Shown here in pieces: positions 56,085-61,482 of a stretch of DNA of 61,482 nucleotides. This stretch comes from Candidatus Woesearchaeota archaeon (GTDB lineage: Archaea > Nanobdellota > Nanobdellia > SCGC-AAA011-G17 > JAPLZO01). The translations under genes were made by a program, and so were the position numbers. Below the pieces are notes generated by a model. That model saw only the letters and a program-made list of their open reading frames with translations. It did not search any database and was not told where the DNA came from. Where the stretch lies: positions 1 through 61,482 of the forward strand of contig JAZDLF010000037.1 of assembly GCA_043802295.1 (NCBI GenBank). Direction: 5' to 3'. Each line of letters starts with the position of its first letter. The first letter of the stretch is position 1.

Positions 56085-56186
56085 GCAGGAGTCGCTTAAT
56101 CTGGTAGAGCGCTGGAATTTAAAAAATAGCGTATCTCGAAAACCAGTTTCCGAAAGGATATACAGGTTCAAATCCTGTCTCCTGCG
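56085..56186 (+). tRNA. tRNA-Ser (anticodon CGA) with an 18-nt intron at non-canonical position 30/31
   Basis: 7-bp acceptor stem GCAGGAG/CTCCTGC, U8, D arm GCTT-AATCTGGTA-GAGC (A14, G18G19, A21), T arm ACAGG-TTCAAAT-CCTGT, a 15-nt class II variable arm (TCC-GAAA-GGA hairpin) and discriminator G. After removal of 56116-56133 the anticodon arm is CTGGT-CTCGAAA-ACCAG. No encoded CCA; followed by TTTTT. Confidence 0.85.
56116..56133 (+). other. tRNA intron flanked by a complete hBHBh' splicing motif
   Basis: Outer helix 56107-56109/56135-56137. 3-nt bulge TAT (56132-56134). Central 4-bp helix 56110-56113/56128-56131. 3-nt bulge GGA (56114-56116). Inner helix 56117-56120/56124-56127 with an AAA loop. 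Confidence 0.75.
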
Positions 56187-56191
56187 TTTTT
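56187..56191 (+). terminator. Oligo-T tract immediately 3' of the tRNA
   Basis: TTTTT directly after the discriminator base. Archaeal RNA polymerase terminates at oligo-T. Weak on its own in this AT-rich DNA. Confidence 0.35.
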
Positions 56192-56211
56192 AAATATATC
56201 AATTTACAAAA

Positions 56212-57621
56212 ATGAAACAAAATAATAAAAAATTAGTAATAATTGCAATTGATGGAGGTAACTTTGAAGTTTTGAATTCTTTTTTCGAAAAAAAATTATT
56301 ACCTAATATAAACAGCCTAAAAAATAGAGATATTTTAAGCTCAACAATACCACCAGCAACAGCTGTTGCATGGGCTAGTTTTGCAACAGGAAATTTACCA
56401 GGAAAAACAGAAATTTATGATTTTACAATTCTTGATGAAGACTCATGGAAAGTAAATTTTATCAATAGGATAAGATTAAAAGGAAAACCCCTTTGGAAAT
56501 ACCTTGATGAATCTAATCTAAGAAGTTGTTTTATCAATATGCCTGTAACTTACCCTCCTGATAAAATTAATGGAGTTATGATATCTGGAATAGAAACTCC
56601 AAGTAAAATGCATAATTATGTTCATCCAATTGAATTAAAAAAAGAGCTTAAGAGGATAGGTTATGAAATAGAGGTATCAGGTCTTAAAAGTAAAAGAGAA
56701 GATATTATTAAAGAAGCGCTTTATATTCTTGACAAAAGATTAGAGACAGTTAGATATTTAATTAAAAAAAATTTTGATTTCTTTTTTATATTATTTAGAG
56801 AAAGTGACATAACCCAACATTTTGCATGGAAAAAATCTCCAGTAGAAGAAGTTTATAAAAAAATTGATGAATTTGTAGGTGAAGTTAAAAAAAATAATGA
56901 TGTAATTGTAATGTCTGATCATGGTTTTGAAAAAATTGATAAAGCTTTTAATGCAAACTCATGGTTAGAAAAAGAAGGTTTTTTAAAAACAAAACTAAAA
57001 AGAAAAAGTATTCTTTCACTTTTAGGCATAAGTCAAAAAAGAATTTTCTGGGTTTTAGAAAAATTAAAATTGAATGTATTAATTCGCCTTGTACCTAGAA
57101 ACCTAGCTAAAAAAATACCTGCAGAAAAAATTAATTTAGAAGAAGCATTATCAACAGGGGTTATTGAATTCGATAAAACAAAAGCTATTGCTAAGCGAGC
57201 TGTTAAAACTGCTCAAATATTTTTAAATACTAAAGAAAGAGGAGGAATTATTGAAAAAAATCAAGAGGATCAATTAAAAAATGAAATTAAAGAAAAGCTC
57301 ATAAAATTCTTTGAAAAAAATAAAATAAAAGTTATTGTTCAAACAAAAGAAGAATTATATGGTAAAAATGCAAAATATGCTCCAGATATAACACTTTATT
57401 TAGAAGAAAAAGGATATGATACTTACTGTTTTTTTTCACAAGATAATAAAATATTTGTGGAACCTATAGAAAATCAAGATGGAGAACATAGTTTACCGGG
57501 TATAATTTTTACAAATTTAAATTTAAATCTTAAAAATGCAAAAATTATTGATTTGGCTCCAACAATTTTAGATTATTTTAAAATTAAAAAAGGAAAATTT
57601 GATGGAAAAAGTTTGATTTAG
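56212..57621 (+). CDS. Alkaline-phosphatase-superfamily enzyme (type I phosphodiesterase / nucleotide pyrophosphatase-like)
   Basis: VIIAIDGGNFEVL metal-site start, nucleophile region TIPPATAVAWASFATGNLPG, and the later VMSDHGF block. Confidence 0.7.
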   Translation: MKQNNKKLVIIAIDGGNFEVLNSFFEKKLLPNINSLKNRDILSSTIPPATAVAWASFATGNLPGKTEIYDFTILDEDSWKVNFINRIRLKGKPLWKYLDESNLRSCFINMPVTYPPDKINGVMISGIETPSKMHNYVHPIELKKELKRIGYEIEVSGLKSKREDIIKEALYILDKRLETVRYLIKKNFDFFFILFRESDITQHFAWKKSPVEEVYKKIDEFVGEVKKNNDVIVMSDHGFEKIDKAFNANSWLEKEGFLKTKLKRKSILSLLGISQKRIFWVLEKLKLNVLIRLVPRNLAKKIPAEKINLEEALSTGVIEFDKTKAIAKRAVKTAQIFLNTKERGGIIEKNQEDQLKNEIKEKLIKFFEKNKIKVIVQTKEELYGKNAKYAPDITLYLEEKGYDTYCFFSQDNKIFVEPIENQDGEHSLPGIIFTNLNLNLKNAKIIDLAPTILDYFKIKKGKFDGKSLI

Positions 57622-57656
57622 CAAGCTTTTTAAACTAATTTGGTGATTTAATTAAG

Positions 57657-57755
57657 ATGAAACAAAAAAAAGAAAATAAGGAAAAAGAAAACATTTTTAG
57701 TAAAGAAGATGAAGAAATAGTAAAAGAAAGATTAAAAAAATTAGGTTATCTATAA
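57657..57755 (+). CDS. 32-aa ORF duplicating the C-terminal tail of the adjacent RHH protein (possible small protein or gene remnant)
   Basis: MKQKKENKEKENIFSKEDEEIVKERLKKLGYL. The last ~19 aa match the tail FSKKDEEEIKKRLKSLGYL of the 57795-58031 product. Below the ORF-track size cutoff; translated by hand. Confidence 0.35.
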   Translation: MKQKKENKEKENIFSKEDEEIVKERLKKLGYL

Positions 57756-57794
57756 TTAGAAAAGTTTATAATCTTTCTTTAATTATATTTAATT

Positions 57795-58031
57795 ATGAAA
57801 AGACCTAAAAGAAAAGATGAAAATAAAGTAAAATATGGTACAATTTCTTTGCCTATGCCTTTAATTAATATGATTAAAAAAAGAATCAGGGGAACAGGAA
57901 TGAATTCTGTTTCAGCTTATATTGCCTTTATTTTAAGACAAATTCTTTCATCTTCTGAATCAAAAGAGACATTTAGCAAAAAAGATGAAGAAGAAATAAA
58001 AAAAAGATTGAAGAGTTTAGGTTATTTATAA
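57795..58031 (+). CDS. Ribbon-helix-helix (CopG-like) DNA-binding protein
   Basis: KYGTISLPMPLINMIKKRI (beta strand plus helix 1) and SVSAYIAFILRQIL (helix 2), followed by an acidic linker and a KRLKSLGYL tail. Confidence 0.6.
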   Translation: MKRPKRKDENKVKYGTISLPMPLINMIKKRIRGTGMNSVSAYIAFILRQILSSSESKETFSKKDEEEIKKRLKSLGYL

Positions 58032-58091
58032 ACCAATTATTTATGATTCAGAACATTTAAATAATCATTATATATAATTATAGATATTAAA

Positions 58092-59279
58092 ATGAAAAAT
58101 ATAATAATTTTATTAATAGATGCTCTTAGACCAAAAAATATGAGTTTATTTGGATATAATAAAGAAACAGATAAAAACATAAAAGAAATAGCAAAAAATA
58201 ATTTATTATTTAAACAACATTTTTCAACATCTAATGCTACTGCTCCTGCATTAACATCTATACTTACAGCACAATATCCAATCAATCATGGTATAATCCA
58301 TCAACTCCCTTATACAAAACAAGAGGAAATGGATAAAATAGAAGAAGCAGATTTTTGGTTTCCGAGTTATTTAAAGGATAAAGGTTATGAAACAATATGT
58401 ATAGACTGGGTAGGTTTTTGGTTAAAAAAAGGATTTGATTTTTATGGTGAAAAAGATGAAGATCAAGATATAATAGAAAAGCAATCTCTCTTTATTTCAG
58501 CTAAAGATACAGTTGATTTAGCTATTTCTAAAATTAAAAAGTCCAAAAAACCATTTTTCTTATTCACACATTTTTGGGACACTCATTTTCCTTTTCCAAA
58601 TACAAAATACGAATCAAATGGAAATAAAGAAGATAGAGATAAAACTTTAGCAAGTATACAAAATGAAAGCCAAAAAGAATATTTGAGAAAAAGAATTCAA
58701 AATACAAATCTCTATACTATACAAGATATGATTAATAAATATGATTTAGCAATAAAAGAAATAGATCAAGAAATTGGGAGATTGTACACTTTTTTAAAAG
58801 AAGAAAATTTGTGGGAAGACACAATATTTTTTGTTTTAGGTGATCATGGAGATAATTTAATAGGTCATGATATTTATTTTAGTCATGCGGGTTTATATGA
58901 TGATTCTATTCATGTACCAATGATAATTCATCTTCCAGGATATGAAAAAAAAGAAATAAATAAATTTTCACAACATGTTGATATTATTCCAACTATAATA
59001 GATTGTTTACAATTAGAACAACATGATACTTTTGATGGAGTATCATTATTACCTTTAATAAAAAATAATGAAACTGTTAGAGAAAAGATATTTGCTTATG
59101 ATGGTCTTTGTAATGATATTAAAACCGTAAGAACTAAAAATAAAAAATTAATAATTGCAAAAGACAACTTTTGCAATCTATGTAAAGCAAGCCACCATAA
59201 AGATATCGAAGAATATGATCTAGAGAATGACCCTCAAGAAATAAAAAATATCTATTCTAGAGAAGATATTCATTTTTAG
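58092..59279 (+). CDS. Sulfatase/phosphotransferase-like alkaline-phosphatase-superfamily enzyme (no CxPxR motif)
   Basis: IILLIDALRPKNMSLFGY, nucleophile region STSNATAPALTSILTAQYP (Thr/Ser rather than formylglycine Cys) and VLGDHGDNL. Confidence 0.65.
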   Translation: MKNIIILLIDALRPKNMSLFGYNKETDKNIKEIAKNNLLFKQHFSTSNATAPALTSILTAQYPINHGIIHQLPYTKQEEMDKIEEADFWFPSYLKDKGYETICIDWVGFWLKKGFDFYGEKDEDQDIIEKQSLFISAKDTVDLAISKIKKSKKPFFLFTHFWDTHFPFPNTKYESNGNKEDRDKTLASIQNESQKEYLRKRIQNTNLYTIQDMINKYDLAIKEIDQEIGRLYTFLKEENLWEDTIFFVLGDHGDNLIGHDIYFSHAGLYDDSIHVPMIIHLPGYEKKEINKFSQHVDIIPTIIDCLQLEQHDTFDGVSLLPLIKNNETVREKIFAYDGLCNDIKTVRTKNKKLIIAKDNFCNLCKASHHKDIEEYDLENDPQEIKNIYSREDIHF

Positions 59280-59320
59280 ATTAAAACTATGCACTATAGC
59301 ATAGAAATATTTAAATACCT

Positions 59321-59344
59321 TAATTATACATAATTATACATAAT
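59321..59344 (+). repeat. Tandem direct repeat TAATTATACA x2.4 abutting a start codon
   Basis: 59321-59330 and 59331-59340 are identical. 59341-59344 repeats the first 4 nt and runs into the ATG at 59343. Confidence 0.6.
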
Positions 59345-60131
59345 GAACAAAGAATTTATTGATCAAAATAAAATAGAAGAAAGATTCACTAAAGAAAGAT
59401 CTAAAAGATGTGAAGATTTGATGAAACCTGAAGCTAAGGAATGTATCGATTTACCACTTGATGAAAAAATAAAAAAATCACAAGAAGTCATAAAAGAAGC
59501 ACTCAATAAATATAAAAATGTAGGTCTAGGATTCAGTGGAGGTACTGATAGTTTAGTTTTATTACATCTAGTTTTACCATTTAAACCAAACATATCAACT
59601 GTTTTTGTTGATACACAACATGAGTTTCCTAAAACATATGAATTTATAGAAAAAGTAAAAAAAGAATGGAATTTAAAAGATTTTCATGCAGTTAAAGCAG
59701 ATAATAATAAACTAGAAGAATTTAAAAATAAATATGGTCTTAAAACACCTGAATTTACAACAACATGTTGTGAGTATCATAAAATAGCTCCAATGATGAA
59801 AGCAATTGGAGATTTTGGATTTGATGCATTTTTTGTTGGTTTAAGAGGAGTAGAACATGAAGAAAGAGCTAAAGAAGTTTTTTTCTCTCCAAGAAAAAAT
59901 CCAGATCATATTAGAGTACATCCTCTTTTATTTTGGAGACAAGAAGATGTATTAGATTATATTAAAAAATATAAAGTAGAAACAAATCCTCTTTATGAAG
60001 AAGGGTATACATCGTTAGGATGTTATGTATGTACTGAAAAAAATACAGATCCAAATGCACATGAGAGAGCAGGAAGAGGAATTGTAAGAGAATTAGTAAT
60101 GGAACGTTTAAGAGAACTAGGATATACTTAA
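59343..60131 (+). CDS. PAPS-reductase-family PP-loop protein
   Basis: PP-loop GLGFSGGTDSLVLLHL and VFVDTQHEFPKTYEF, with a C-terminal SLGCYVCT. Specific activity cannot be assigned by eye. Confidence 0.65.
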   Translation: MNKEFIDQNKIEERFTKERSKRCEDLMKPEAKECIDLPLDEKIKKSQEVIKEALNKYKNVGLGFSGGTDSLVLLHLVLPFKPNISTVFVDTQHEFPKTYEFIEKVKKEWNLKDFHAVKADNNKLEEFKNKYGLKTPEFTTTCCEYHKIAPMMKAIGDFGFDAFFVGLRGVEHEERAKEVFFSPRKNPDHIRVHPLLFWRQEDVLDYIKKYKVETNPLYEEGYTSLGCYVCTEKNTDPNAHERAGRGIVRELVMERLRELGYT

Positions 60132-60179
60132 AATTTTTTGTTCATAATCTTTAAATAATAATAAAAAAACTTTTTCTAA

Positions 60180-61160
60180 ATGAATATTTTAGTTACAGGT
60201 GGTGCAGGTTATATAGGTTCTCATGTTGTTAGAGAACTATTTGATGATAACAATATAATTGTTTATGATGATTTATCAAAAGGTCATAAAGAATCTTTAC
60301 CTAGTAATATAACGTTTATTCAAGCAAATTTATCAGAAACTCAAAAATTAGATCAAGTTTTTCAAAAATATAAAATAGATTCTGTACTTCATTTTGCTTC
60401 ATTTATCGAAGTTAATGAATCAGTAAATGATCCAAAAAAATATTTTGAGAATAATGTTACAAATGGTTTAAGTTTATTAAATTGTATGATAAAAAACAAT
60501 GTTAAAAAAATAATATATTCTTCAAGTGCAGGAATTTATGGAAATCCTACAAAAATTCCAATAGATGAAGATTCAGAAACAATTCCAAATAACCCATATG
60601 GCCTAACAAAATTAATGTTCGAACAAATTTTACAAAAATATAATAAAGCTTATCAATTAAATTCAGTATGTTTAAGATATTTTAATGCAGCTGGTGCTCA
60701 TATCTCTTCAGAAATCGGAGAAGATCATAAACCAGAATCTCACCTTATACCATTAGTTTTACAAACAGCTCTTGGTTTAAGACCAGTTATTAAAATATTT
60801 GGAACAGATTATAAAACAAAAGATGGAACTTGTGTTCGTGATTATATACATGTTACAGATTTAGCTCAAGCTCACATTCTTGCTCTAAATCATTTAGAAA
60901 ATAATGAAGGTTATTTTTATTATAATCTTGGTAATGAAAATGGTTTTTCAGTTAAAGAAATTATTGATATTGTGTCTGATATTACAAAAATTGATATTCC
61001 AATAGAAAAAACAGATAGAAGACTTGGTGATCCCGCTATTTTAGTTGCTAGCTCTAAAAAAATTAAAAAAGAATTAAATTGGAAGCCAAAGTATAATGAT
61101 ATTAAAACCATAATAAAAACAGCATGGCAATGGCATCAAAAACATCCAAAGGGTTATTGA
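60180..61160 (+). CDS. galE: UDP-glucose 4-epimerase
   Basis: ILVTGGAGYIGSH, SSSAGIYG, catalytic YGLTK, RYFNAAGA and DYIHVTDLA blocks. Confidence 0.85.
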   Translation: MNILVTGGAGYIGSHVVRELFDDNNIIVYDDLSKGHKESLPSNITFIQANLSETQKLDQVFQKYKIDSVLHFASFIEVNESVNDPKKYFENNVTNGLSLLNCMIKNNVKKIIYSSSAGIYGNPTKIPIDEDSETIPNNPYGLTKLMFEQILQKYNKAYQLNSVCLRYFNAAGAHISSEIGEDHKPESHLIPLVLQTALGLRPVIKIFGTDYKTKDGTCVRDYIHVTDLAQAHILALNHLENNEGYFYYNLGNENGFSVKEIIDIVSDITKIDIPIEKTDRRLGDPAILVASSKKIKKELNWKPKYNDIKTIIKTAWQWHQKHPKGY

Positions 61161-61482
61161 TTATTCTTCTAATAAATTTTCAACAATGCTTGCATAAGCT
61201 GGTCTTGTTAAAAATACACCAACACTAATACCAATTATTGTAGTAACAGCAAATCCTCTAATTAATCCAGCACCTGCAAAAAATAATGGAAACATTGCAG
61301 CTAATGTTGCAGCATATGCAGAAAATACAATAAACATAGCCCTTTTTATTTTTTCTTTCCAATTATAATATCTAGATTGTACACTACCTTTTAAAACTTC
61401 ATCTGTAATAACAATCTGATCATCAACACCAGTACCAACAGCAACTATAATTCCTGCAATAGAAGCAACATCTAAATTCCAT
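61161..61482 (-). CDS. 3' end of a SecD/SecF-family protein-export membrane protein (partial)
   Basis: Hand translation of the minus strand gives ...IAGIIVAVGTGVDDQIVITDEVLKGS...GAGLIRGFAVTTIIGISVGVFLTRPAYASIVENLLEE*. The GxGVDxQIvI and GFAxTTxxG...TRP blocks are SecD/F-like. Open to the window edge. Confidence 0.5.
   Translation of the reverse strand, partial: WNLDVASIAGIIVAVGTGVDDQIVITDEVLKGSVQSRYYNWKEKIKRAMFIVFSAYAATLAAMFPLFFAGAGLIRGFAVTTIIGISVGVFLTRPAYASIVENLLEE

Noticed and set aside
56112-56146. Reading the tRNA with a canonical 37/38 intron, which gives anticodon UUA (an ochre suppressor)
   Set aside because: That fold leaves an A-A mismatch at 31-39 and has no bulge-helix-bulge around the implied splice sites. 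The 30/31 intron gives a perfect stem, a full hBHBh' motif, and an anticodon (CGA) consistent with the class II arm and G73. TAA is also used as an ordinary stop throughout the window.
56113-56152. Alternative fold as tRNA-Leu(UAA), using TGGAA/TTCCG as the anticodon stem
   Set aside because: It requires two nucleotides at position 26 and a 9-nt unpaired variable loop. It also destroys the TCC-GAAA-GGA variable-arm hairpin and conflicts with the G discriminator (Leu normally has A73).
56049-56171. N-terminal 41 codons of the track ORF 55647..56171, which would be antisense to the tRNA
   Set aside because: The ORF starts at TTG, and its first 41 residues are just the reverse complement of a well-folded tRNA. 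An in-frame ATG at 56048 gives a sensible membrane-protein start outside the tRNA.
57735-58031. C-terminal ...LGYL tails as proteasome-activator HbYX motifs
   Set aside because: The penultimate Tyr fits, but the Hb position is Gly and the proteins are a tiny peptide and an RHH DNA-binding protein. Nothing supports a proteasome link.
1-61482. CRISPR arrays, defence systems, prophage or transposon content
   Set aside because: I noticed no spaced direct repeats, cas-like, integrase, transposase, restriction or toxin-antitoxin signatures on either strand. The only repeats seen are the 10-bp tandem at 59321 and the paralogous gene segments.

Overview
The window is very AT-rich (about a quarter G+C by eye) and extremely gene-dense. 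Many gene junctions overlap by 4-8 nt, and three convergent gene pairs have no spacer at all. Several features point to a small-genome archaeon, probably DPANN-like (an inference, not a database result): an STT3/AglB oligosaccharyltransferase with WWDYG, an aIF5A-like gene, a tRNA with a bulge-helix-bulge intron, and the archaeal AMP-salvage trio of AMP phosphorylase, ribose-1,5-bisphosphate isomerase and form III RuBisCO.

Layout:
- 1-8.2 kb: the AMP/RuBisCO nucleotide-salvage genes, interleaved with an AI-2E transporter and a family of small secreted or membrane-anchored proteins.
- 8.3-55.6 kb: one very large surface-glycan / N-glycosylation locus. It holds AglB, an AglH-like GlcNAc-1-P transferase, about 10 GT-A/GT-B glycosyltransferases, 5 further GT-C-like polytopic membrane proteins, a Wzx flippase, an ArnE/ArnF-like small-transporter pair, Gmd, an SDR, a deacetylase and 4-5 SAM methyltransferases.
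- 56-61.5 kb: an intron-containing tRNA-Ser(CGA), two alkaline-phosphatase-superfamily enzymes flanking an RHH regulator, a PAPS-reductase-family protein, GalE, and the 3' end of a SecD/F-like gene.

The most unusual feature of the glycan locus is six B12-binding-type radical SAM enzymes plus one SPASM radical SAM enzyme. Each sits next to a transferase gene, mostly coupled or nearly abutting. The same locus also contains an operon that looks like an alditol-phosphate activation pathway: an Rpe::Zn-ADH fusion, a second Zn-ADH, a sugar-phosphate isomerase TIM barrel, three nucleotidyltransferase modules and a GDPD-like esterase.

I saw no CRISPR array, transposase, integrase or rRNA. All functional calls come from motif recognition by eye; no searches were run.
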